Of a DNA stretch of 64,000 nt, positions 1-12,545 are shown in pieces (positions within the stretch are counted from its first letter, which is position 1; each line of letters opens with the position of its first letter). The notes beneath the pieces were generated by a model. That model made no database searches. It worked only from the letters and a program-made list of their open reading frames with translations, and had not been told where the DNA came from. The stretch lies in the NCBI RefSeq assembly GCF_963921235.1, contig NC_086118.1:18478001-18542000 (forward strand), in the 5' to 3' direction. A program made the translations under genes and the position numbers. This DNA is from Mobula hypostoma (Eukaryota).

Positions 1-460
1 CCACAGAAGTGTTGAACTCTTACAGCATATTGCCGGGCTTGGCTTCATCTCTACACCAGGCCTTTTCCTGAATCAGACTTTAGACCATCCTTGGCAATCA
101 AGTGACACAGGAAAAATACTTCCTTTAGTTTGAACTTCATCTTTTACTCATTCATCTTTAGTTGCTTCCCCTGAACTTGATAATAAGGACACCTGGCTTT
201 TGACCAGGCTCTAACACCTCTCCTGTTATTTTCTCCTTCTCCTACAATGATCTTTACCCAAAAAGGACGCTTAAGTATCCAGACCAATTCTTCTGGGTAA
301 CTTATGGTTCTTTGGGTTCATCATCATCAGAGAGCATCTACCTGATGGCCTTGATGTAGTCTTCTTTTAAATTTGCGCACAGGTCTCATTGGATTTAGCT
401 AGGTGCCTTGAAATTGCCTGTCGGTTCCAAATTAAGTTGATTAGCCTTTCCTGGTTCAAC
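1..460 (-). mobile_element. Highly degraded Gypsy-like pol (RT C-terminal) fragment
   Basis: Minus-strand reading of ~1-165 gives LKMN.*KMKFKLKEVFFLCHLIAKDGLKSDSGK, resembling the Ty3/Gypsy RT end (LKLN..K...V.FLGH.IS..GL.PD..K). Many stops and frameshifts. Confidence 0.35.
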
Positions 461-949
461 CAAGTAGATGCCATGATCAAGTAATCACACCAGAGGCTTG
501 ACATCTTCAGGAGGCTAATGAAAATTGGTAGTCCTAGTCAACCCTCAATAATTTTTTTAATCGATGCACCATAGAAAGCATCCTCTTTAGATCTTGTTGC
601 TTTCCCTGGGACTGCAAGAAACTGCAGAGAGTTGTGGACACAGCTTAGTACATTATAGAAACTAACCTCCCCGCAATGGACCCTCTATAATTATCACTAC
701 CTCAGTAAAGTAGCCACCATAATCACAGATCCCGCACACTCCGGATTCTTCTCTTCTCCTTCCCCGCCATTCAGCAGAAGATACAAAAGTCTGAAAGTAA
801 ATACCACTAGGATCAAGGGCAGCTTCTATCATACTGTTATAAGACTACGGAATGGTCTCCTAGTAGAATAAGCTGGACTCTTGACTTCAAAGTCTACCTC
901 ATTATAGCCTTACACCTTATTGTCTGCCTGCACTGAATTTTCTCTGTAA

Positions 950-1463
950 AGGTTGATCTATACTTCTGCGTCAACTCGACGCCGTAACCTACGCAAGTGG
1001 CCTACGCGCATTGTGAGTATTTATACTTGTGCATTGGTGTGTCTGCATCGCTCTGCAATTTGGGCACATCGCGCATGCACACACACCTGCCCGCACAAGG
1101 CTTCACGGTCATGGTAGTCTTTCTCGGGGTAAACAAGTTTAAAGCGAGCGTCTTTTTTCGTAAAAGCGAAATGTGTCCTCCATAATTTCGGAGGTCTGTA
1201 AAGCTTTATGGAAAGCATTGCAGCCAGAGTTCCTTCCCTGCCCTTCAGTCACCCAATGGGCAGCTATTGCAACATAGGGGGAAATGCGATGCTACCAAGC
1301 GGACCAATCACAGTTGTTCGGTCTGCGTTGTCGCGACCCTTAGTTACATTTTGGGAGAGGTGCGCATCATGCTACGATGTAGGGATCCGCGTAGGTACTG
1401 CATAGGGTTCACGGCTACGCCGTACCTACGGTGTCGAGTTGATGCAGAAGTATAAATCAGCCT
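950..1463. mobile_element. PIF/Harbinger-type MITE (514 bp)
   Basis: ~37-bp terminal inverted repeats: AGGTTGATCTATACTTCTGCGTCAACTCGACGCCGTA versus revcomp of the right end AGGCTGATTTATACTTCTGCATCAACTCGACACCGTA. 3-bp TAA target duplication at 947-949 and 1464-1466. CpG-rich, so probably young. No transposase. Confidence 0.85.
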
Positions 1464-1517
1464 TAACAGTAACACTTCATTCTGTACTCTTTTATTTTCC
1501 CTTGTACTACCTCAATG

Positions 1518-1602
1518 AATTGATCCACTTGACCCGAAACAGGAGTGTGTGGGCCATGGCAGTCAAAGCTCAAACTGGGCATGGCACCTGATGATGATGA
1601 TG
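1518..1602 (+). mobile_element. Short 3' stub of a non-LTR retroelement (probably RTE-type) with (TGA)n tail
   Basis: Ends GGCACC(TGA)n. Stub plus the nested CR1 is bracketed by a 12-bp duplication ACTACCTYAATG (1506-1517, 3209-3220). Confidence 0.5.
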
Positions 1603-3204
1603 ACATAGAAAAACATAGAAAATAGGTGCAGGAGTAGGCCATTCGGCCCTTCGAGCCTGCACCGCCATTTATTATGATCATGGCTGATCATCCAACTCAG
1701 AACCCTGCACCAGCCTTCCCTCCATACCCTCTGATCCCCGTAGCCACAAGGGCCATATCTAACTCCCTCTTAAATATAGCCAATGAACTGGCCTCAACTG
1801 TTTCCTGTGGCAGAGAATTCCACAGATTCACCACTCTCTGTGTGAAGAAGTTTTTCCTAATCTCAGTCCTAAAAGGCTTCGCCTTTATCCTCAAACCGTG
1901 ACCCTTCGTTCTGGACTTCCCCAACATCGGGAACAATCTTCCTGCATCTAGCCTGTCCAATCCCTTTAGGATTTTATACGTTTCAATCAGATCCCCCCTC
2001 AATCTCTAAATTCCAACGAGTACAAGCCTAGTTCATCCAGTCTTTCTTCATATGAAAGTCCTGCCATCCCAGGAATCAATCTGGTGAACCTTCTTTGTAC
2101 TCCCTCTATGGCAAGGATGTCTTTCCTCAGATTAGGAGACCAAAACTGCACACAATACTCCAGGTGTGGTCTCACCAAGGCCTTGTACAACTACAGTAGT
2201 ACCTCCCTGCTCCTGTACTCGAATCCTCTTGCTATAAATGCCAACATATCATTCGCCTTTTTCACCGCCTGCTGTACCTGCATGCCCACTTTCAATGACT
2301 GGTGTATAATGACACCCGGGTCTTGTTGCACCTCCCCTTTTCCTAATCGGCCACCATTCAGATAATAATCTGTTTTCCTATTTTTGCCACCAAAGTGGAT
2401 AACTTCACATTTATCCACATTAAATTGCATCTGCCATGAATTTGCCCACTCACCCAACCTATCCAAGTCACCCTGCATCCTCTTAGCATCCTCCTCACAG
2501 CTAACACTGCCGCCCAGCTTCGTGTCATCCGCAAACTTGGAGATGCTGCATTTAATTCCCTCATCCAAGTCATTAATATATATTGTAAACAACTGGGGTC
2601 CCAGCACTGAGCCTTGCGGTACCCCACTAATCACCGCCTGCCATTCTGAAAAGGTCCCGTTTATTCCCACTCTTTGCTTCCTGTCTGCTAACCAATTCTC
2701 CACTCACACCAATACCTTACCCCCAATATCGTGTGCTTTAAGTTTGCACACTAATCTCCTGTGTGGGACCTTGTCAAAAGCCTTTTGAAAATCCAAATAT
2801 ACCACATCCACTGGTTCTCCTCTATCCACTCTACTAGTTACATCCTCAAAAAATTCTATGAGATTCGTCAGACATGATTTTCCTTTCACAAATCCATGCT
2901 GACTTTGTCTGATCATTTCACCGCTTTCCAAATATGCTGTTATCACATCTTTGATAACTGACTCCAGCAGTTTCTCCACCACCGACGTTAGGCTAACCGG
3001 TCTATAATTCCCTGGTTTCTCTCTCCCTCCTTTTTTAAAAAGTGGGGTTACATTAGCCACCCTCCAATCCTCAGGAACTAGTCCAGCATCTAACGAGTTT
3101 TGAAAAATTATCACTAATGCATCCACTATTTCTTGGGCTACTTCCTTAAGCACTCTGGGATGCAGACCATCTGGCCCTGGGGATTTATCTGCCTTCAATC
3201 CCTT
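1603..3204 (-). mobile_element. Young CR1 LINE, 5'-truncated (RT domain and 3' UTR)
   Basis: ORFs 2704-3306, 2191-2703, 1999-2190 and 1697-2002 give [57 protein letters not shown]-type tail. Near-identical to 31990-33595. Confidence 0.95.
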
Positions 3205-4467
3205 AATGACTACCTTAATGCTCTGACTAATGAAACATTCAGTATGGATGGCATGCAAAACAAAGTTTTCCACTGTAGCCCAGTACATTTGACAATAATA
3301 AACCAATTTCTCAATTGGTTACACATTGTTCCTTCTACAGTAATGACCTAACGTGGCAGAAGGTATATTGTGTTCAGCTGATGCTCAGTACCTGACCCTG
3401 GATCTGACCTGATAGAACTCATCTCATCCAGTTTATGTCCTGGTTATTACACAAAGTTTATAAATATCATTTTCCAAAGCATTTTCACCCGTATACAGGT
3501 TACGTCTTTCATAGCTGCTCATGTTGCAGTCTACAATACTCTAAATGCCTACTGAGCCATATTGGTTATGCTCACCCTATTCTGAATCTGGCATTTTACT
3601 ATATGTACTTCCTATGATTGCCAAAATAATATTTCCAGCCTGGCTCTGGATAGTTCCATTGCTTTGCATGGAACATGCACTTTCCAGAAGTAAATCTGTC
3701 TCACAACTAGGCATTCCTTCAGGCTGGATTCCATAAGTAACTCGATTTCCGAAAAATCATCCTTCAAATCTGCAAATATCCTGTAATGGTCAAAGCTCCA
3801 TTTTGAAAGTACAAAATGATTCCTCCTACTTCTGGTTGTATATAAAGATGTGGTAATGATCAACTGTTTTGTTTCTAAAATGAATCCAATGTGCATGTTC
3901 TCTTTTCTTTCATTTGAGGGCTTTATGATTTAATACAATTCTCTGCCCATTTGACCACTAAAATACAACATATTAGCACCATAATTGTCAACGGTACTGG
4001 TTTATCCATCATAGCCATAACACAGCACAAACTCCTCCTTCCACTCTCTCAATTCTTGAGATCAGTTGTAAGCTTGGAAATCCAGCAATCTGAGGAAATT
4101 TCTCGGTTTTGCAGTGTACTTTCTCAATTGAATCACAGAGCTTACTGACTCGCATCTATTTTCTGAATTGGGAAGTTTCACTGTCAACATTCAATATTCA
4201 ATTTAGGTACAGCTTCTAAATTTCATAATTACTTCAAACAATAGTTCTATTACCATGACTCAGTATTTTGATATAGCATGCTGTAGAATAGTACACCCCA
4301 TTGTTGTTCAAAGAACAACAGAAATTTTGTTAAGTAAATGCTTACAAGACTAATATTTCTTACTATGGTATTTAGTAGTCTCCTGAAATGTGCACAATAA
4401 GTATGTACCATTCAATCATTTACAACAGTCAGACAGAGCCATATTTGATCTCAAACAATATTCCATA

Positions 4468-4939
4468 CACTCAGTGACTACTTTATTGGGTACACCTGCT
4501 CATTAATATAAATATCTGATCAGCCAATCATTTGGTTGCAACTCAATGCGTAAAAGCATGCAGACCTAGTCAAGATGTTTAGTTACTATTCAGGCCAAAC
4601 ATCAGAATGGGGAAGAAATGAGATCTAAATTACTTTGACCATGAAAGGTCTCCAGAGTTTACAAAGAATGGTGAGAAAAACAAGAAAAACATCCGGTAAG
4701 TGGCAGTTCCATTGGTGGCAATGCCTTGTTAATAAGAGCGATTAGAGGAGAATGGCCTGACTGTTTCAAGCTGACAGGAAGGCGACAGTAACTCAAATAA
4801 TCACATGTTACAGCAGTGGTGTGTAGAAGAGCGTCTCTGAACACACATGTCAAACATTGAAATGGTTGCACTACCGCCGCAGAAGACAATGAACGTAAAG
4901 AAATACACTCAGTGGAGACTTTATTTGGTACAGGAGGTA
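4468..4939 (+). mobile_element. Non-autonomous Tc1-derived element (N-terminal transposase remnant)
   Basis: Begins TA|CACTCAGTGACTACTTTATT. Contains an ATGGGGAAGAAA... start and a RGE/MARLVQADRKAT-like HTH remnant. A second TIR copy starts at 4906. Same family as 63703-64000. Confidence 0.75.
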
Positions 4940-5159
4940 TGTTTATCCTACAACATTGCTTCTGTGTTCTTTCAAATGGAACCTGCCGTTTGAGAATCTG
5001 TTAATACTTTAAGGCTTTCTGGCGCACAATCCACATTTAGCAAACATGTTTGCTATTCTAAGTAATGGTTTTAGTTTTCCTCTTATCCCTCTGCCTGAAG
5101 GAGCTCTGCCTGATACCCCCAGTGTTTCTGGGTCACTCACATTCTGGGCAATCGGACCA

Positions 5160-7165
5160 CCAGTCCACACATACAAACAGAAGCTAAAACATGGTAATCT
5201 GGTGCAGAAAGTTGCCTGGTACTGCTCTGAAGAAACAGGTGAGATTTGACATGACTGCTGTGAATCGGGAGACTGGTCCATGTTCAAAGACTCAGCATTC
5301 GACATAGGAGTGAATTTCACCCCCCTCATGGACTTGATCTGCAAGTGTGTTGAAGACTGTGGACTGAAGAGGACAATCCGGGTGTTTCCAAACCAGAAAC
5401 CAAGGATGAAAAGGGAGACCCACCCTCTACTGAAGTCCAGGAATCTGACATTCAAATCTGGTAACCCTGATCTATACAAGAAATCGAGATATGAGCTCTG
5501 CAAAGCTATTAGTGATGGCAAGAGATAATAGATCAAGTCCCAGACCAGGCATGGCAGGGCTTACATGCTATAAAGGGCCACAACCAGGCTTCATCACTGA
5601 CAACAGCACATCCCTTCCCAATAAGTTGAATATGTTTTGAACAGAAGGGGACTGGAATGTCTCCAATGCACGTCAACCATTATGGATGTAAAACTAGTTT
5701 TCTAGAGAATAAACCCGGGGAAAGAGAGTAACAGGTGTCCCTGCTATCTTCTTAAATCCTGCGCAGATCATCTGGCATGGATTTTAACCTGCGGATATTT
5801 TAACCTTTCCTTGCTTCGTTCTGAGGTTCCAGCATGCTTTAAGAATACCATTATCATTCTGGTGTTGAAGAGAAACAAGGCATTTACTGACAATTGCCTG
5901 GTTCTGACATCCACCATCACAAAGAACTTCAAGAGGCTCTTCATTGCACACATGAATTCCAGCCTCCCAGACAAACATGACACACTGCAATTTGCCAAAA
6001 TAGGTAGTATATGGCAGATGCCATCTCCTGGCTGTATGTTCGTCTCAGAACAGTAAAGACATCAATGTTAGACTATTGTTTTTGGCTACAGCTCGGTCTT
6101 CAGTGCTGTAAACCAAGCAAACTTATCCCTAAACTCCTAAACCTAGGACTCAACACTTCTTTTTGGAACTGGACCCCTGAGCTCCTGATTAACAGACCAC
6201 AATCATGAGGATAGGCAGAAATATTCTGCCGTGATCATCTCAACACTGGTGCCTCACAAGGCTGTGTCCTTTGCCCCCTCCTCTACTCCTTATAGATCAC
6301 AGCTGCATGGACATATTCGGCTCTAACTCATAGTGGGTTGTATCTCAAATAATGAATCAGAGTACAGAAAGGAGATAGAGTGCCTAGTTATACTGTCATG
6401 ACAACAATCTTTCTCTGAAAGACCTGGTCATTGACTTCAGGAAGGAACGCAGTGCCCAGGCTCCTGCTTACATCAGTGGTGCTGAGTTAAAGACAGCTGA
6501 GAGTATCAAGTTCCTCGGAGTGAATAACTTTAATGGCCTGTTCTGGATCAACCACATATATGCCGCAACCAGGAGACTAAGGAAATTTGGCCTGTGCCCT
6601 TTGACTCTCACTATTTTTTTTATTGATGCCCCGTAGAAAACATCTTATCCAGATGCACCTTGGCTTGGTATGGCAACTGCTCTGCCTCTGACTGCTGGAA
6701 ATGCAAGACAGTTCTGAAAACAGCTCAGCACATCACAGAGATCAGACTCTCCTCCATGGACTCTGCCTACACTTCTCTCTGAAAGCCAGAAACAAGGTAC
6801 CAAAGACAATGTAATCAAACCATGGTCATTCTCTCCTCTCCCTTCTTGCATCAGGGCGAAGATACAAGAGCTTGAAACCTCACACTACTAGGCTCAAGGA
6901 CCACCTCTGCCCTGCTGTTGAGAGACTATTAAATGGTTTCCTAGTACAATAAGATGGAATCTTGACCTCATAATCTACCTCATTATGATCTTTTAACTGC
7001 ACTATACTTTCTCTGTACTTTAAAACTTTATTCATTGCTTTACCTTGCACTACTTTTAATGCACTGTTGTAAAGAATTGACCTGTATATAATGTACTGAA
7101 GACAAGTTTTTCAGTGTACATGGGTACATGTGACAATAATAAACTAATTCACCAAATTTACTAAT
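5160..7165 (+). mobile_element. Degraded Rex1/Babar LINE (ORF2 linker, RT, 3' UTR)
   Basis: Fragments RTIRVFPNQKP, VPACFKNTII, LTSTITKNFKRL, TGASQGCVLCPLLYSL. Tail ACAATAATAAACTAATT. Confidence 0.8.
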
Positions 7166-7184
7166 TTCTGTTGTGCCCCAAGGC

Positions 7185-10100
7185 ATAGCAGCAGCCATTC
7201 AGCCCATCAAGTGTGCTCTGCCAATACGTCATGGCTGATTTATTATCCCTCTCAATCCCATCTTCCTGCCTTCTCCTTATAACCTTTGATGCACTAATTA
7301 ATCGCGAACCTGTCAGCCTCCACTTTAAATATAGCCAATAACTTGGCCTCAACAGTGAATGAATTCCACAGATACACCACTCTCTGGCAAAAGAAATTCC
7401 TCCTCATCTCTGTTGGAAATAGATGTCCGTCCATTCCGAGACTGTGCCCTTCAGTCCTAGATTCTCGCATTGTAGAAAACATCTTCTTCACATCTACTCT
7501 ATCTAGGCGCTTCAATTTTCAATAGCTTTCAATCAGATCACTCCTCATTCTTCAAAACTCCAGCAAGCACAGGGCCAGGACCATCAACTGCTCCTCACAA
7601 GTTTACCCTTTCATTCCTTGAATAATTATCGTTCCTAGTTCCCTTACCACGCACAGCTCGCTTCTACCTCCTACTCACGATCCACAAACCTGACTGTCCA
7701 GGTAGGCCTATTGTTTCTGGTTGCTAATGTCTGCATACCTTGACTCCATCAATCCTGCTTGGTTCAGTTGCTTCCCATGCATATCCACGACACATCTCAT
7801 GCTCACAATCTCCTAAATAAATTTCAATTCCCTGGCCCTGCTGGCCTCATTTTCAGCATGGATGTCTAGTCCCTATACACTTCTACCCCCATAAAGAAGG
7901 CCTTGAAGCTCTCCACTTCTTTCTCAATAAAAGAACCAACCAGTTACCCTCTACTACCACCTTCCTCCATCCGGCAGAACTGGTCCTCACCTCAACAATT
8001 TTTCCTTCGACTCCTTCCTCTTTCTCCAGACCCAAGGGGTAGCTGTGGGCAGCTGCATGGGCCCCAGCTGTGCCTGCCTTTTTGCTGGCTATGTGGAACA
8101 GTCCATGTTCCAAGTCTTCCCAGGTAATGCTCCCTAACTCTTTCCCTGTTACAACGATGACTGCATTGGTGTTGCTTCATGCACCCATGCTGAGCTCATC
8201 AAATTCATCAACTTTGCCTCCAACTTCCACTCTGCCCTTAAATTCACTTGATCCCATTCTAACCCCTCCCTCCTCTTTCTCGATCTCTATGTCTCCATCT
8301 CTGGAGACAAACTGTCAACCGGCATCTTTTATAAGCCTACCAATTCCCACAGTTAATACCTCTTCCTACCCCGTCTCACGTAAAAATGCTAGTCCCTATT
8401 CTCAGTTCCTTTGTCTCCTCCACATCAGTTGCCAGAATGAGGCTTTCCTTTCCAGGACATCAAAGATGTCCTCCTTCAAAGAACAGGATTTCTCTTCCTC
8501 CATCATTGTTGCCGCCCTCACTCGCATAGCTTCCATTTTCCAAACATAGTGCTCACCCCATCTTCTCGCCGCCTTAGCAGCGATAGAGTCGTTGACTTTA
8601 CCTACGAATTTATGAGCCTCCACGTCCAACACATCATTCTCCACAACCATAGGGATCCTACAACCAAACATATCTTTACCTATTCCACCCCACCCCCCAA
8701 CTTTCCACAGTGATTGCTCCCTTCATGATTCCCTTGTCCATTCGTTCTTCCCCACTAATCTCCCTCCCGGCACGTATCCCTGCAAGCAGCTTAACTGCTA
8801 CACCCGCCCAATCACATCCTCCCTCACCTCCATTCAGATCACAAACAGTCTTTACAGGTGTGGTAACACTTCACCTGTGAATCTGCTGGGGTCATCTATT
8901 GTGTTTGGTGTTCCCAATTTGGCTTCCTCTGCATTGATGAGACCTGTCATAAATTGGGGGAGTGCTTCATTGAGCAACTCTGCACCATCTGCCAAAAGGG
9001 GAATAACTTAGTGGCCAAACATTTTAATTCTGATTCCATTTCTGACACGTCAGTCCATGGCCTCCTCTTGTACCATGAGGTCACCCTCAGGGTGGAGGAC
9101 TTATGCCTTACATTCTACCTGGATAGCCTCCAACTTGATGGCATGAATATCGATTTGTGTTCCATTAAAAAAATCCCCCCTCCCCTCTTTTTCTATTCTC
9201 CACTTTGGCCTCTTATCCCTTCTCACCTGCCAATCACCGCCCCCTGGGACCCACCTCCTTACTTTTCTCCTATTGGTCCACTCTCTTCTCCTATCAGATT
9301 CCTTCCTCTCCAACCCTTTACCTTTCCTTGGCATCACCTATCACACCCTCCTTCCCTTCCTCCCACCTTTCTTTTTATTCTGGCATCATCCCCCTTCCAT
9401 TCCAGTACTGAAGAAGGGTCTTGGCCCAAAATATTGACTGTTTATTCATTTTCATAAATACTGCCTGAAATTCTGAGTTCCTCCCGCATTTTGTGTGTAT
9501 GGCTGTGGGTTTCCAGCATCTGCAGGATCTGCAGAATTATTGGACTCCCACAATGCCAGCACATCTTTTCATAGATAAAGAGCCCAAAACTGCTTACAAT
9601 ACCCCAAGTTCAGTCTAACTAATGCCTTATAAATCCTCAGCATTATATCCTTCTCTTTATATTCTAGTCCTGTTGAATCAAATGCTAACATTGCATTTGC
9701 CTTCCTTACCCATGACTCCACCTGCAACTTAATCTTTTGGGAATCCTTCACAAAGACTCCCAAGTTCCATTGCATGTCTGATTTTTGTATTTTTACCCCA
9801 TTTAGAAAATAGTCTATGCCTTTATTCTGTCTATTAAAGTGCATGATACACTTCACTTCCCTACACTATATTCTCTATCTGCCACTTCTTTATGTATTCT
9901 CCTCATCTGTCTAAGTCCTTCTTCAGATTCCCTGCTTCCTCAACACCCCCTGCCCCTCCATCTATTTTCATATCATCTACGAATTTGGCCGCAAAACCGT
10001 AAATTCTGTCACCCTAATCACTGACATATAACATGAAAAGCAGTCCCAACAGAGACCCCTGAGGAATAACACTAATGGCAGCCAACCAGGAAAGGCCTTG

Positions 10101-10410
10101 TTTATTCCCATCCTTTGCCTCCTGCCAGTCAGCCAATCCTTTATCCATGCTAGTATTTTTCCTGTAATCCTTTTGGCTCTTATCTTGTTAAGCAGCCTCA
10201 TGTATGGAATCTTATCAAAGCATACTGAAAATCTAAGTAAGCAACATCCACCCACTGTCTATCCTGCCTCTTATTTCCTCTAAGAATTCCAACAAATTTG
10301 TCAGGCTGACATTGGCCTATTTTATCATGTGCCTCCAAGCATCTTGAAAAATCATCCTTAATGATGGACTCCAATGACAGACTACCTAGCCTATAATTTC
10401 CTTCCTGTTG
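7185..10410 (-). mobile_element. Older CR1 LINE, split by a Penelope insertion (pieces ~7185-7630 and ~9535-10410)
   Basis: ORF fragments MRRNFFCQRVVYLWNS, KANAMLAF...IYKALVRLNLGYCKQFW, WIKDWLTGRRQR, VDVAYLDFQ. The two pieces are collinear across the Penelope. Confidence 0.8.
7631..9533 (+). mobile_element. Penelope-like element (RT + GIY-YIG + pseudo-LTR), 5'-truncated, degraded
   Basis: RFYLLLTIHKPDCPGRPIVSG (~7660-7720), FSMDV.SLYT, QTQGVAVG; GIY-YIG-type GVIYCVWCSQ..LCIDET (~8888-8945). Pyrimidine-rich 3' region and pLTR with CTGAAGAAGGG..CCCAAAA. Confidence 0.85.
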
Positions 10411-10869
10411 CATGAGTGTCAGCAACTTAGGGGGAGATTTCAAATAAGAGAGTGAAAGGAACACAAAGTAATGAGAGTTTTTCTTGTTCTGAGTCAATGT
10501 AATCTGAAACGAACAGCACAGAAGAGCGAAGTAAGTATAATCTACAGCACTTTCAAATGAGAATTGTATAAATGGTTGAAAAGACAAAATAAAAGTAGCA
10601 GAACATAATACTTGTTGGGTAACTACAATACATCAATGTGTTTTCTGTTGTGAATAGTTCTCTGAGTCATGGCACCTCCCAACAGCCATTATCCAAATTT
10701 CTTCAGCTATCTTTAGCAGAATCCCACATTATGCTGTTTGGTTATCTATTGGAATTTCTCGGTAAGATTAATGCTACTATTTTGACTTCATTCATCTCCT
10801 CCTACTTGCACATTCACCAACTACACTTTCCCCTCACCCAGCACCATCATCACTTGTGTCATTCAATCT

Positions 10870-12545
10870 TATCGGAATCAGACTTAATATGTTGTCAAAT
10901 TTGTTAACTTTATGGCAGCAGTACAATGCAATACATGATAAATAGATATGGAGTAAAAAATGAGTTACATTAAGTATATATATGCCTATTAAATAGTTAA
11001 GTTAAAATAAGTAGTAGAAAGAAAAACAGAAATAAAAAAGTAGCGAGGTAGTGTTCATGGGTTCAATGTCCATTTAGATGTTGGATGGCAGAGGGGAAGG
11101 AGCTGTTCCTGAATCGCTGTGTGTGTCCCTTCAGGTTTTTGAACCTCCTTCCCGATGGTAACAGTGTGAAAGGAGCATGTTCTGGATGGTGGTAGTCCTT
11201 AATGATGGATGCAACCTTCCTAAGGCACTGCTCCTTGAAGATGTCTTGGATACTACGGAGGCTAGTGCCATGATGGAGCTGACTAATTCTACAAGTTTCT
11301 GCAGCTAATTTTAATCTTGAGCAGAATCCTCCCGCATACTATGATGCAGCCAGTCGGAATGCTCTCCCTGGTACAAATGTGGAAGTTCGAGTATTTTAAT
11401 TGACAAAATAAATCTTCTCAAAGTCCTAATGAAATATAGCCGCTGTCTTGATTTCTTTATAGCTGCAACAATATGTTGTGTCCAGGTTAGTTCCTCAGAG
11501 ATTTTGATCACCCAGGTACTTGAAATCTCTCACTCTCTCCACTTCTCATCTCTCTATGAGGATTGGTTTGTGTTCCTTCTCTTACCCTTCTTGAAGCCCC
11601 TAATCAGCTCTTTGGTCTTGCTGACGTTGAATGCAAGGATGAAGCTGGGATACCACTCCACTAACTGGTATATCTCGCTCCTGTATGCCATTTCGTCACC
11701 AACTGAAATTCTGCCAACAATGGTTGTATCTTCAGATGGTACTTGAGTTATGCGTAGTCACACGGTCATGGGTGTAGAGAGAGTAGAGCAGAGAGCTGAG
11801 CACGGATCCCTGTGGTTTGCCAGGGTTAATTGTCAGTGAGGTGGAGATGTTATTTCCAATCTGCACAGACTAAGGTCTTCCGGTTAGGAAGTCGAGGATC
11901 CAGTTGCAGAAGGAGGTACAGAGGGCTTGGCCTAGCTTTTCAATCACAACTGTAGGAATGATGGTCTTAAATGCTGAGCAAAAGTTAAACAACATCCTGA
12001 CATAGGGATTTGCATTGTCCAGGTGATCCAGGTGATCACGAGTGATCTAGACCTATTGCGGCGATAGACAAATTGTAGTGGGTCCAGGTTCTTCCTGAGA
12101 CAAGTGTTGGTTCTAGCCATGACCAACCTCTCAAAGCATTTCATCATTGTAGATGTGAGTGTTACTGGATTATAGTCATTGAGCCAGCTCGTGCTGCTCT
12201 TCTTGGGCATTGTTATAATTGCTGCCCTTTTGAAGCAGGTGGGTGTTTCCAACTGTGGCAATGGGAGGTAGAAAATGTCTTTGTATATCCCCACCAGTTG
12301 GTTGGCGCAGGTTTTCAGAGACTTACCAAGTACTCCATTGAGGCCTACTGCCTTGCGAAGGTTTACCCGCTTGATAAACAGCCTGATGTTGACCTCCAAA
12401 ACAGAGATCACAGGGTCATTGAATGCTGCAGTGAACTTCATAGCTGTGGTTTTATTCTCCCTTTCAAAGTGAGCATAAAAGGTGTTGAGCTCATCTAGTA
12501 GTGAAGTATCACTGCCATTCATGATGTTGGGTTTTGCTTTGTAGG
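10870..12545 (-). mobile_element. Rex1/Babar LINE, 5'-truncated
   Basis: ORF 11944-12612: ELNTFYAHFE, KTCANQLVGIYKDIF, CFKRAAII, LNDYNPVTLTSTMMKCFERLV, LDPLQFVYR. Confidence 0.85.

Larger units (their letters stand above)
490..3310 (+). mobile_element. Rex1/Babar-type LINE 3' fragment, interrupted by three later insertions (pieces ~490-949, 1464-1517, 3209-3310)
   Basis: ORF2 C-terminal motifs (RCTIESIL, DCKKLQRVVDTA). The 3' UTR matches other copies in the window (16560-16785, 38800-39020) once the insertions are removed. Confidence 0.75.

Noticed and set aside
10658..10761. Possible plus-strand exon (tag|...|GTAAGA), two open frames
   Set aside because: No recognisable peptide, and such splice-like pairs occur by chance in 64 kb. 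Needs RNA-seq.
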